Positions 47,154 through 56,118 of a DNA stretch of 64,000 nucleotides are shown piece by piece; position 1 is the stretch's first letter; every line of letters begins with the position of its first letter. The translations under genes were made by a program, and so were the position numbers. The notes beneath the pieces are model-generated. The model saw nothing but the letters and a program-made list of their open reading frames with translations. It was not told the DNA's origin and searched no databases. The DNA comes from an uncultured Gemmatimonadales bacterium (lineage in GTDB: Bacteria; Gemmatimonadota; Gemmatimonadetes; Longimicrobiales; RSA9). Location: NCBI GenBank assembly GCA_963816355.1, contig CAWFKH010000002.1:43454-107453 (forward strand), in the 5' to 3' direction.

Positions 47154-47335
47154 CCTTCGTCCTCCCGGCTGCGAGGGTCGCCGCACCGAACGATTCGACC
47201 GGCGATGAGTCGTTTACCCGGAGAAGCGCGGAAGGTGGCGGAAGATCGCGCGGCGCATGCCCGATCGCTCGGCCGCGGAGCCGTCGCGGCGCGTCCGGCC
47301 CGGAACCTGCCATGCCCCGCCGTGGAGGTGCGACA

Positions 47336-47614
47336 ATGACCCTGATGAGCTTCCTGATCCTGCTGCTGATCGCCGCCGTCTGCGGCGCGCTCGGACAGTC
47401 GATCGCCGGCTACTCGCTCGGTGGCTGCCTCGTCGCCACCGCCGTCGGCTTCATCGGCGCGCTGCTCGGCGGCTGGATCGCGCGCGCGTTCGGCCTGCCG
47501 CAGATGCTCGTCGTGAGCGTCGGCGGCCAGCCGTTCCCCGTCGTCTGGTCGATCATCGGCGCCACCCTGTTCGCGCTCGTGGTGGGCCTGATCTCGAGAG
47601 GGCGACGGGTCTGA
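47336..47614 (+). CDS. GlsB/YeaQ/YmgE (transglycosylase-associated) membrane protein
   Basis: Three Gly-rich TMs; VGFIGALLGGWI; WSIIGATL; GGAGG RBS. Confidence 0.85.
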   Translation: MTLMSFLILLLIAAVCGALGQSIAGYSLGGCLVATAVGFIGALLGGWIARAFGLPQMLVVSVGGQPFPVVWSIIGATLFALVVGLISRGRRV

Positions 47615-47656
47615 TCCCGAGAGGGCCTCGCTTCGCCGCCGCGGGCTTCTCCGCCG

Positions 47657-48826
47657 TCAATCGCGCAGCCGCAGAGCGACGCCCCACGGGTCGCGCAGCA
47701 CGCCGCCCGCGCGCGCCGCCGCAGCAGCGCCCGCGCCCGCCGCGGGGCCCGCTTCCGCCGCGCCGCGCTCGACATCGTATCCCGCCGCGGCGGCGGCATC
47801 GAGAGCCCGCCTCACGTCCTCGGCGTCGGGCAGAACCAGCTCCCACTCCAGCAGCCGGGCGTCGTCGTCGCCCGCAGGCGCGGCGCCGGCCGCCCACGTG
47901 TTGACGCCGAGGTGGTGATGGTAGCCGCCGGCGGAGAGGAAGAGGGCGCCGGGGTAGCTCCACACCACCTTGTCGAGCCCGAGCGCGCGGTGGTAGAACG
48001 CTTCCGCGCGCGGCAGGTCGCCCACGTGCAGGTGGACGTGGCCGATCGTCGTCCCCGGCGGCATCCCTTCCCATGGCTCGCCGCGCGCGCTGGCGACCAG
48101 GTCGTCGACGTCGAGCGGGTCGGTGGCCATGACGATCTGACCACCCTCGTAGCGCCAGCTCGGGCGCGGCCGGTCCGCGTACACCTCGATCCCGAGGCCG
48201 TCCGCGTCCTGCAGGTAGATCGCCTCGCTCACGCGGTGGTCCGACGCCCCGGCGCGCTCGCCGAGCGCCGCCAGGTGCGCGACGAACCGGCCCAGCGCGG
48301 CGCGCTCCGGCAGCAGGATCGCGAAGTGGTACAGCCCCAGCCGGCCGCGGCGCGGCACCGGCGCGACGCCCGGCCTCTCGCGCAGCTCAACGAGCGCCGC
48401 GACGCCGGCCGGCGACGAGCCCTCCGCCGCACCTTCGCCCGCCGACGCGTTCGCGGCCGTAGCGGCCGGTGCAGCCGCCGCCTCCCGTGCGCCGCCCACC
48501 GGCGTTCGGGCCGCTCCCGCGGCCCCCCGCGGCCCCAGCACCGCGACACCCTCGCGCCGCTCGAGCACCCCGAGCCCCAGCACCCTCTCGTAGAAGTCGA
48601 GCGAGCGCTCGAGGTCCGCCACCTGCAGCCGCACCCGCCCCGGCCGCGTTCCGCCGGGGAGCCGGTAGCCGGGCGGCGCGACGCCGTAGGGGAGGTCGAC
48701 GTCGCGGGCGACGTCGCCACCGTCCGCCTCGGCGGCGACGTCGCCATTCGCCCCGCCGGCGACGCCTTCGCGCGCATCGTTCCTGCGGTCTTCCACATCG
48801 ACCTCCGTGTCGGGCCGCCGCGGCAT
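47657..48826 (-). CDS. VOC/glyoxalase family protein, CatE-like extradiol dioxygenase
   Basis: LQVADLERSLDFY; GLYHFAILLP; DHRVSEAIYLQD.DGLGIEVYADRP; GHVHLHV; FLSAGGYHHHLGVNTW. Start uncertain. Confidence 0.88.
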   Translation of the reverse strand: MPRRPDTEVDVEDRRNDAREGVAGGANGDVAAEADGGDVARDVDLPYGVAPPGYRLPGGTRPGRVRLQVADLERSLDFYERVLGLGVLERREGVAVLGPRGAAGAARTPVGGAREAAAAPAATAANASAGEGAAEGSSPAGVAALVELRERPGVAPVPRRGRLGLYHFAILLPERAALGRFVAHLAALGERAGASDHRVSEAIYLQDADGLGIEVYADRPRPSWRYEGGQIVMATDPLDVDDLVASARGEPWEGMPPGTTIGHVHLHVGDLPRAEAFYHRALGLDKVVWSYPGALFLSAGGYHHHLGVNTWAAGAAPAGDDDARLLEWELVLPDAEDVRRALDAAAAAGYDVERGAAEAGPAAGAGAAAAARAGGVLRDPWGVALRLRD

Positions 48827-49000
48827 CGGGACATCGCGGTTCGGGACGTCGGGTGCGGCGCGCCGTCGCAACGCCGCAGCGGCTCGGGACGTGGCGGGCG
48901 CCGCGGCGTCGGAACACGCCGGCGTCGTCGGCGCCGCGGCATGCGGCAGGAAGTTACGCGGGCCCGACCTTCCACGCGACGAGCACGCCGCCGCCGCGCG

Positions 49001-49162
49001 GGGCCCGCCACGCACGCGAGGGGCCCGCCACGCACACGAAGTGCCCGCCACGCACACGAAGTGCCCGCCACGCACGCCGGACGTGCGATCGGCCGCCGGA
49101 CGTGCGATCGGCCGCACGGACGTGCGATCGGCCGCGCGGACCTGCGATCGGCCGCCGGACGT
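49001..49162 (+). repeat. Two abutting tandem arrays (20-bp x4, then 19-20-bp x4)
   Basis: G(G/T)GCCCGCCACGCAC(A/G)CGA(A/G) x4, then CGGACGTGCGATCGGCCG(C) x4. Confidence 0.9.
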
Positions 49163-49343
49163 GCGAGAAGAATCTCGTAATCGACGCCGGCGCGAGGATC
49201 TCCATCTCGATATTGCTCGGAAAGCGGGAAGAATCTCGTAGGCGACGCGGCGAGGCCGGATCGATTACGACATTTTGCTCGTATTCCGAGACAAATCCGG
49301 ATAACGATGTGCGAGAGGACGTCGATTACGAGAAATTGCTCGC
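49163..49343. repeat. Three tandem ~61-bp palindromic units (REP/BIME- or MITE-like)
   Basis: Left arms at 49163, 49224, 49286; right arms end at 49220, 49282, 49343; outer arms GCGAGAAGAATCTCGTAATCGACG and CGTCGATTACGAGAAATTGCTCGC are 20/24 complementary. Confidence 0.75.
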
Positions 49344-49425
49344 CCGCCGCGGCTCCTCCGCGAACCCTCACCCGCCGCGGCTCCTCCGCGCTCCTCACCC
49401 GCCGCGGCTCCGCCGCGAACCTTCG
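49343..49425 (+). repeat. 27-28 bp tandem repeat x3
   Basis: CCCGCCGCGGCTCC(T/G)CCGCG(AAC/CTC)CT.. units just downstream of the permease stop. Confidence 0.85.
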
Positions 49426-49437
49426 CCGAGCGTCGCT

Positions 49438-52113
49438 TTACTCCGAGCGCAGGCTCTCCATCGGGTTCACGCGCGCCGCGGACCACGCCGGCACGAGGCA
49501 CGCCGCGGTTGCGACGGCGGCGAGCGCGGCTGCGACGGCGACGTACGTCGTGACGTCGAGCGGCTCGACGCCGAAGAGGATGGTGGCGAGGAAGCGGGAG
49601 AGGACCGCGGCGGCGGCGGCGCCGACGAGGAGGCCGGCGGCGGCGGGCGCGAGTCCCTGCCGGAGCACGTGGCCGAGGACGCGGCCGGTGGAGGCGCCGA
49701 GGGCGAGGCGGAGGCCCATCTCGCGGCGTCGGCTGCGGACGATGTAGGCGAGGACGCCGTAGATGCCGAGGGCGGCGAGGACGAGGGCGATGGCGGCGAA
49801 GCCGCCGAGGAGGAGGGTGAAGAAGCGGGGCCGTGCGAGCGCATCGGAGGTGAGCTCGTCGAGCGGCAGGATCTGGCTGATCGTCTGGTCGGGGTCGATG
49901 TCGTGGACGATGCGGCGCATCGCCGGCGCGAGCGCGAGCGGATTGCCGGTCGTGTGCACGACGTACGACATCTGGATGCGCGGGTTCTGGTCGTTGCGGA
50001 TGTAGAGGGAAGGCCGGGGCGCATCGGCAATGTCGCGGTGGTGCACGTCCGCGACGACGCCGACGACGCGCACCCGCGTGTCCCTGCCCGCGAACGTGAA
50101 CTCCCGTCCGAGCGGGTCCTGGCCCTGGAAGAACTGCCGCTGGAACGCCTCGTTGACGACGGCGACGGGCGGAGCGTCCGGCCCGTCGGTCGTGCGCAGC
50201 GCGCGCCCGCGCAGCAGCTTCATGCCGAGCGCGCGGAAGAGGTCGTCGGAGACCTGGAACGCCTGGGCGGAGCGCTGCTCCGAGCGCGCCGGCTCGTACA
50301 GCCCCGGCACGCGCACCGGGACCGCCTCGCCGGTGCCCTGGAAGGGGAGGTAGCGGATCGCGCCGGCGGCGGTGACTTCCGGCAGCGCGGCGAGGCGCTC
50401 GATGATCGCGTGGTACATCGCCATCCACTCCGCCCGATCCGGGTGCTTCTGGTCGGAGAGGGTGATCGTCATCGCGATACGGCCGTCGGTGCGGAAGCCG
50501 GGATCGACGCGGCCCAGCGCGCCGAGGCTGCGGATCAGCAGGCCGGCGCCGACGAGCAGCACGACCGCGAGCGCGACCTCCGCGGCGACGAGCGTGCGCC
50601 GCAGCCGCACCCGCGACGTGCCCCCACCCACCTGCCGCCCGCCCTCGCGCAGCTCCTGGGCGGGCGAGACGTCGGTGGCGCGCAGCGCGGGGAGCACGCC
50701 CGCGAGCGCCGTCGCGAACAGCGTCACGACGAGCGCCGCGCCGAGCACCGTGGCGTCGATCCGGATGTCGCCCGAGCGCGGCAGCAGTCCCGCGCTGCGC
50801 GCGACCAGAACCCGCGTCCCGCCCCACGCCAGCGCGATCCCCAGGACGCCGCCGGCGCCGCCCAGCAGCAGGCTCTCCGTGAGGAGCTGCCGCGTCACCC
50901 GCCCGGACGAGGCGCCGAGGCTCAGCCGCAGCGCCACCTCGCGAGAGCGCGACGTGCCGCGCGCCAGCAACAGGTTGGCGACGTTGGCGCTCGCCAGCAG
51001 CAGGAGGAAGCCGACGGCGCCGAGCACCGCCCACAGCGCCGTGCGCACGTCGCCCACCATGCTCGTCCTGAGCGACGTCACCGTCGCCGCGGAGACGCCC
51101 GCGTTGGCGTCCGGGTAGCGCGCCTCGAGGGTGCGCGCGATGCCGCTCAGCTCCTGCCGCGCCGCCTCCTCCGTGGCGCCCGGCGCGAGGCGCGCCACGG
51201 CGGAGAGGAAGCGCACGCCGCGCGTGTGGATCGGGATGTCGTCTTCCGGAATCACGCTGAGGGGCACCCAGATGTCGTTCGCGCCCCCCTCCCCCGGATA
51301 GCTGAAGCCCGGCGGCATCACCCCCACCACCTCGAAGGCCCGGTGGTCCAGCGTGATCGTGCGCCCCACCACCGACGGGTCGGAGCCGAAGAGCCGCTTC
51401 CACGCGCCGTCCGACAGCACGACGACCAGCCGGCCGGAGTCGTCGTCGTCCGGCCGCAGCGCACGGCCCCGCGCCGGCTGCACCCCGAGAAGCCGGAAGA
51501 AGTCGCCCGCCACCCACGTCGTCGCCAGCTCCATCGGCGCCGCGCCACCGGTGTACGGGTACGGCGCCGGCAGCCCCGAGTACACCGCGAGCCCCGACAG
51601 CGTCCTCGCCTGCTTGCGCCAGTCCCGGAACTCCAGGTAGTACAGCGGAACCTGGTCGCTCCCGCGCCCCGGCGACGCCGGCCACACCCGCACCAGCCAC
51701 TCCGGCGACGGGAACGGCAGCGGCGCCAGAAGCACGCCGTAGACGACGCCGAAGAGCGCCGTCGCCGCGCCGATGCCGAGCGCCAGCACGAGCAGCGCGC
51801 TCGCCGTGAAGCCGGGGCTCCTGCGCAGGCTGCGCACCCCGTAGCGGACGTCCTGCACCAGATCCTCCACCGGCCGGCCTCCGCGCTCGTCGCGTACCCG
51901 CTCCTTCACCGCCTCCTCGCCGCCGAAGCGGAGCGCCGCCTCCCGCCGCGCCCGCTCCGGATCCATCCCGCCCCGCACCAGATCCTCCGCCTCCATCTCC
52001 ACGTGCAGGCGCACCTCGTCGTCGAGGTCCCGCTCCACGTCGCCCTTCCGCAGCAGGACGCGCAGCCGCCGCGCGAAAAGGCGGCGGAGGTCTCCATCGC
52101 CGCCGCCCCTCAC
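49438..52113 (-). CDS. ADOP-family duplicated MacB/FtsX ABC permease
   Basis: DLDDEVRLH; QDVRYGVRSLRRSPGF..LALGIGA; ANVANLLLAR..REVALRLSLGA; QLLTES; GIYGVLAY.V..RRREMGLRLALGA; PMESLRSE. Confidence 0.92.
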   Translation of the reverse strand: MRGGGDGDLRRLFARRLRVLLRKGDVERDLDDEVRLHVEMEAEDLVRGGMDPERARREAALRFGGEEAVKERVRDERGGRPVEDLVQDVRYGVRSLRRSPGFTASALLVLALGIGAATALFGVVYGVLLAPLPFPSPEWLVRVWPASPGRGSDQVPLYYLEFRDWRKQARTLSGLAVYSGLPAPYPYTGGAAPMELATTWVAGDFFRLLGVQPARGRALRPDDDDSGRLVVVLSDGAWKRLFGSDPSVVGRTITLDHRAFEVVGVMPPGFSYPGEGGANDIWVPLSVIPEDDIPIHTRGVRFLSAVARLAPGATEEAARQELSGIARTLEARYPDANAGVSAATVTSLRTSMVGDVRTALWAVLGAVGFLLLLASANVANLLLARGTSRSREVALRLSLGASSGRVTRQLLTESLLLGGAGGVLGIALAWGGTRVLVARSAGLLPRSGDIRIDATVLGAALVVTLFATALAGVLPALRATDVSPAQELREGGRQVGGGTSRVRLRRTLVAAEVALAVVLLVGAGLLIRSLGALGRVDPGFRTDGRIAMTITLSDQKHPDRAEWMAMYHAIIERLAALPEVTAAGAIRYLPFQGTGEAVPVRVPGLYEPARSEQRSAQAFQVSDDLFRALGMKLLRGRALRTTDGPDAPPVAVVNEAFQRQFFQGQDPLGREFTFAGRDTRVRVVGVVADVHHRDIADAPRPSLYIRNDQNPRIQMSYVVHTTGNPLALAPAMRRIVHDIDPDQTISQILPLDELTSDALARPRFFTLLLGGFAAIALVLAALGIYGVLAYIVRSRRREMGLRLALGASTGRVLGHVLRQGLAPAAAGLLVGAAAAAVLSRFLATILFGVEPLDVTTYVAVAAALAAVATAACLVPAWSAARVNPMESLRSE

Positions 52114-52442
52114 CCGCCCTCCAACACGTGCTTCATCGCCGCCGCGAAGAGGCTCCAGCTCTCGCGCTCCTCGACGAACTGCGCGCGCCCCGCCGCCGTC
52201 AGCGTGTAGAACTTCGCGCGCCGACCCTCGTCCGAGATCCCCCACTCCGCCGTGATCAGCCCCCGATCCTCCAGCCGGTGCAGCGCCGGATAGAGCGAGC
52301 CCTGATTCACCTCCAGCACGTCCCGCGACATCTGGCGGATCCGCTTCGACACCCCCCACCCGTGCAGCGCCCCGAGCGTCAGCGCCTTGAGGACGAGCAG
52401 GTCGAGGGTGCCCTGCAGCAGGTCGGCTTTGGATCGGCTCAC
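52110..52442 (-). CDS. PadR family transcriptional regulator (acidobacterial type)
   Basis: LLQGTLDLLVLK; GSLYPALHRLE; WG.S..GRRAKFY.LT; GTGA overlap with the permease. Confidence 0.93.
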   Translation of the reverse strand: MSRSKADLLQGTLDLLVLKALTLGALHGWGVSKRIRQMSRDVLEVNQGSLYPALHRLEDRGLITAEWGISDEGRRAKFYTLTAAGRAQFVEERESWSLFAAAMKHVLEGG

Positions 52443-52449
52443 GTCGCGG

Positions 52450-52491
52450 CCTTGTTGTAGGGTGACATTACCAAGTCATTCGACAACAAGG
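52450..52491. promoter_or_regulatory. Inverted repeat just upstream of padR, candidate autoregulatory operator
   Basis: CCTTGTTGTAGGGTGAC-N8-GTCATTCGACAACAAGG (14/17 complementary). Confidence 0.55.
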
Positions 52492-52607
52492 GTAGCGACG
52501 CAGGGGGGCGGGCGCAAGGGCGAGGCCGATGGCCGGACCGCCGGACCGCCGGACCGCCGGCCTGCGACGTGTCCGCCCGGCCCCTCAGCCGAGCGCCGTC
52601 CGCCCCT

Positions 52608-53591
52608 TCAGCCGAACTCCGGCTGCGGATCGACGACGCGCACGGCGGCGCCGCGCCGGATGGCGAGCACGGTGCGCAGGCGGGACGCGAGGAAGGAGCC
52701 GGCCACCAGCACCAGCGCGAGCGCCTGGCCGCAGAGCGTCTGCACGTTCGGGAAGACGGCGAACCAGAGGCCGAGCCAGGCGGGCAGGCCCTCGAGCGCG
52801 TGGACCGGCGTCGTCGGCAGCCAGCCGGCGAGCTGCATCTCCTGCACCTGCTCGCCCACCATCACGAGCAGCACCGCCCCCAGCATGACGCCGGTGAAGA
52901 CGAGCATGCGCTTGTACGGCAGGCGCCGGTTCGCCACGAACGTCAGGACCGCCACCACCGACGCGAGCGCGGCGCCCACGAGCACGCCGTAGAACACCGC
53001 GCCGCCCCCGAGCCGCAGCCGGTAGCTCTGGAGGAAGAGCACCACCTCGAACCCCTCGCGGTAGAACGACGTGAAGCCGAGGAGCACGAACCCCCACAGC
53101 AGCCGCCGTCGCGGGCGCCCCGCCGCCGCCTCCTCCACCAGCCGCTTCTTGCGGCTGTTGTGCAGCCGGATCCAGCCGGTCCAGTAGACCTTGTGGAAGA
53201 ACCAGTTCATCACCACCAGCAGCACCACGATCGCCAGCAGCCCCGTCGCCGCCTGCACGTGCAGCGCCGGCACGCTCTCCGTCAAGCGGTCCACGACGCC
53301 GATCGCCACCAGCCACGTGACCAGCGTCGCCACGAAGGCGACGCCGACGCCCGCCGCCACCGGCCGCCGGTCTCCCGCCCGCGCCCCCGTCATGCTCGCC
53401 GTCAGCGCCGTCAACACCAGGATCGACTCGAGCCCCTCGCGGAACACCAGCACCCCGATGTCGAACACGCCGGAGAGGCGGCCGGTACCGGGCGCCAGCG
53501 GATCCGGCACGCCGCCGCGCGCCACCGTCGCCCACCCGACGACGCCCCCCACCGCGAGCAGCGCCGCGCCCGCGCCCGCCGCCGCGAGCAT
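52608..53591 (-). CDS. FTR1 family iron permease
   Basis: Two RExxE motifs (FREGLES, YREGFEVVLF); about 7 TMs. Start may be up to ~95 nt further upstream. Confidence 0.9.
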   Translation of the reverse strand: MLAAAGAGAALLAVGGVVGWATVARGGVPDPLAPGTGRLSGVFDIGVLVFREGLESILVLTALTASMTGARAGDRRPVAAGVGVAFVATLVTWLVAIGVVDRLTESVPALHVQAATGLLAIVVLLVVMNWFFHKVYWTGWIRLHNSRKKRLVEEAAAGRPRRRLLWGFVLLGFTSFYREGFEVVLFLQSYRLRLGGGAVFYGVLVGAALASVVAVLTFVANRRLPYKRMLVFTGVMLGAVLLVMVGEQVQEMQLAGWLPTTPVHALEGLPAWLGLWFAVFPNVQTLCGQALALVLVAGSFLASRLRTVLAIRRGAAVRVVDPQPEFG

Positions 53592-53732
53592 CCGTCCCCC
53601 CCGATGTCGAGTCGTTGCGTCCACGCCGTCCACGTCCTCCACAGGCTCTGCGTCTTCCGCGCCGTCCACGTGCTCGGCGTATTCCACGCCGTCTGCGCCG
53701 TCCCGCCCCCCGCGCCGATCCGGCCCGCACGC

Positions 53733-53749
53733 TTGAGACTCATTCTCAA
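53733..53749. promoter_or_regulatory. Fur-like box upstream of the FTR1 permease
   Basis: TTGAGACTCATTCTCAA, near-perfect 7-1-7 palindrome TGAGAAT-N-ATTCTCA. Confidence 0.7.
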
Positions 53750-53861
53750 TCAGCATAGGGCGTCCCCGCGAGCATCGCAAGACGCCCCCTGTGCGGCGAC
53801 GCCCGGGGGCGATACAATAGTAGTCTCCCGTCTTGCCACCACCCGTTCTCCCAGGAGATCC

Positions 53862-54413
53862 ATGCGTGGTATGCGATTGACCTCGATCCCGGTGCTGCTG
53901 TCCGCCATCGCGGCGTGCGCGCCGGCCCCGAACGCGTCCAGCGACGCGAACGCCTCCGCGGAGGAGACGGCGGCCGCGGCCCCGGCCACCGAGACCGCTC
54001 CCATGATGGATGCGGCGGCGCTCAAGGACGCGATCCAGGCACGGGAGAAGGAGTGGTCCGCGGCGTTTCTGACGGGCGATGGGGCCGCGGTGGCGGCGCT
54101 CTACACCGAGGACGCGGCGTCGATTCCCGCGGCGGGCGAGTGGAACCGCGGTCGCGACGGCATCGCGAAGGACATGCAGACGCAGTTCGACAGCACGTCG
54201 TACACGGCGCGTGAGGACATCACGGACGAGGTGATCCAGACCGGTCCGCAGTACGTGGTCGAGGTCGGGCACTACCGCGCCGAGGGGAAGTTGAAGAAGG
54301 GTGAGAAGTCGCGCGTCGACACGGGGCGCTACATGGTGCTCTGGCGGCATGACGCGGACGGCACGTGGCGGATCCTGCGCGACATCGGCAACGACGCGCC
54401 GGCCAAGCCGTGA
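53862..54413 (+). CDS. DUF4440/SnoaL-like (NTF2 fold) lipoprotein
   Basis: Lipobox AIAAC; GDGAAVAALYTEDA; GRYMVLWR..DGTWRILRD; AGGAG RBS. Confidence 0.88.
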   Translation: MRGMRLTSIPVLLSAIAACAPAPNASSDANASAEETAAAAPATETAPMMDAAALKDAIQAREKEWSAAFLTGDGAAVAALYTEDAASIPAAGEWNRGRDGIAKDMQTQFDSTSYTAREDITDEVIQTGPQYVVEVGHYRAEGKLKKGEKSRVDTGRYMVLWRHDADGTWRILRDIGNDAPAKP

Positions 54414-54537
54414 TCGCGGGCGACACTCGATCCGAAGCGAATTGACGAAGCCGCCGGCGGCCCCGCCGATCCCTGAGCGTTCTTCAGGGATCCGCCGTGG
54501 CGGGGTGGCCGGCGGCCCTCAGATCCGGAACGCTCCC

Positions 54538-56118
54538 ATGACGATACAGCCACGCCCCATCCTCGCCGGCCTCGCCGCATCGGCCGGGCTCGCCGCATCC
54601 GCCCGGCTCGCCGCATCCGCCGGCCTCGCCGCATCCGCCCGGCTCGCCGCATCCGCGGCGCGCGCCGCATCCGCCCGGCGCGCCGCATCGGCGACGCTCG
54701 CGCTGGCCACGGCCGTCGCGGCGGCCGCGCTCGGCGGCACGGCGGACCCGCTCGCGGCGCAGGCGGGGGATGTCCCCACGCTGGAGATAGCGTTCGAGCG
54801 CGTGACGCTGCCGAACGGGCTGAACGTGATCCTGTCGCCGGACCACACGACGCCGCAGGTGGCGGTGGACGTGTGGTACCACGTGGGCTCGAAGAACGAG
54901 CAGACGGGGCACACCGGCTTCGCGCACATGTTCGAGCACGTGATGTTCACCGGCTCGGGGCACGTGCCGTACGGCATGCACGACCGGCTGACGGAGGGGG
55001 TGGGCGGCAACAACAACGGCTCGACGAGCAACGACCGCACCAACTACTACGAGAACGTGCCGTCGAACTACCTGGAGTCGGCGCTCTGGCTGGAGTCGGA
55101 CCGCATGGGGTTCCTGCTGGACAAGCTGGACCAGGCGAAGTTCGAGGCGCAGCGCGACATCGTCCAGAACGAGCGCCGGCAGGGCACCGACAACCAGCCG
55201 TACGGCCGCGCGTGGGAGATCATGACGGCGGCGGCGTACCCGGCGTCGAACCCGTACTCGTGGCCGATCGTCGGCTACATGGCGGACCTGCAGAAGGCGA
55301 CGGTGGAGGACGTGAAGAACTTCTTCCGCCTCTACTACGCGCCCTCCAACGCGACGCTCGCGATCGTCGGCGACTTCGATCCGGAGCAGGCGAAGGCGTG
55401 GGTGACGCGCTACTTCGGCGACCTGCCCGCTGGCGCGCGGATCACGCGGCCCGCGGTGACGCCGCCGCGGCTTGCGGCGGAGAAGCGGCTGGTGTTCGAG
55501 GACCACGTGCAGGTGCCGCGGCTCTACATCCGCTGGCCGGTCGTCGGGGAGGACGACGCGGACTCGCGCCCGCTCGACTACCTGGCCGACATCCTGGCGG
55601 GGTCGCGGACCGCGCGCCTCACCAAGGCGCTCGTCTACGACCGGCAGTCGGCGGCGAGCGTGTCGGTGCTCAACGCGACGAACGAGAACGCGGGCGACTT
55701 CGTCATCGTCGTGACGCCGCGTCCGGGTCACACGCTGGCCGAGCTGGAGGCGACGACGGACTCGGTGCTCGAGCGGATCGCGCGCGACGGCCCCACGGCC
55801 GAGGAGGTGGCGCGCTCGTCGGCGGGCCTCGAGTTCGGTTTCGTCTCACGCCTGCAGTCGAACCTCGGCAAGGCCGAGATGCTGAACTCCGGCCTGGTCT
55901 TCCACGGCGACGCCGGCTACTACCGCGAGGCGTACGCGGCGATGAAGGCGGTCCGCGCCTCGGACGTGGAGCGGGTGGCGAAGCGCTACCTGAGCGCCGG
56001 CCGCGTCGTGCTGAGCGTCGTGCCGAAGGGGCAGACGGCGCTGGCGTCGCGCCCCGGCTCGAGCACGATCGTCACCGTGTCGCCGGACGGCGGCCACTAC
56101 CTCATGGAGTCGCACTGA
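54538..56118 (+). CDS. M16 (pitrilysin-like) metallopeptidase, catalytic subunit
   Basis: VWYHVGSKNE..G.TGFAHMFEHVMF (HxxEH); NGSTSNDRTNY; FFRLYYAPSNATL.IVGD. Confidence 0.93.
   Translation: MTIQPRPILAGLAASAGLAASARLAASAGLAASARLAASAARAASARRAASATLALATAVAAAALGGTADPLAAQAGDVPTLEIAFERVTLPNGLNVILSPDHTTPQVAVDVWYHVGSKNEQTGHTGFAHMFEHVMFTGSGHVPYGMHDRLTEGVGGNNNGSTSNDRTNYYENVPSNYLESALWLESDRMGFLLDKLDQAKFEAQRDIVQNERRQGTDNQPYGRAWEIMTAAAYPASNPYSWPIVGYMADLQKATVEDVKNFFRLYYAPSNATLAIVGDFDPEQAKAWVTRYFGDLPAGARITRPAVTPPRLAAEKRLVFEDHVQVPRLYIRWPVVGEDDADSRPLDYLADILAGSRTARLTKALVYDRQSAASVSVLNATNENAGDFVIVVTPRPGHTLAELEATTDSVLERIARDGPTAEEVARSSAGLEFGFVSRLQSNLGKAEMLNSGLVFHGDAGYYREAYAAMKAVRASDVERVAKRYLSAGRVVLSVVPKGQTALASRPGSSTIVTVSPDGGHYLMESH

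Noticed and set aside
49001..49425. CRISPR array
   Set aside because: Units are contiguous with no unique spacers, and there are no cas genes in the window.
52532..52560. CCGGACCG x3 microsatellite as a functional element
   Set aside because: Short GC-rich slippage repeat with no further support.
53592..54350. Extended FTR1 N-terminus starting MPPEHH or MLIENESQ
   Set aside because: It overlaps the divergent DUF4440 gene, and LIENESQ is simply the translation of the Fur-like box.
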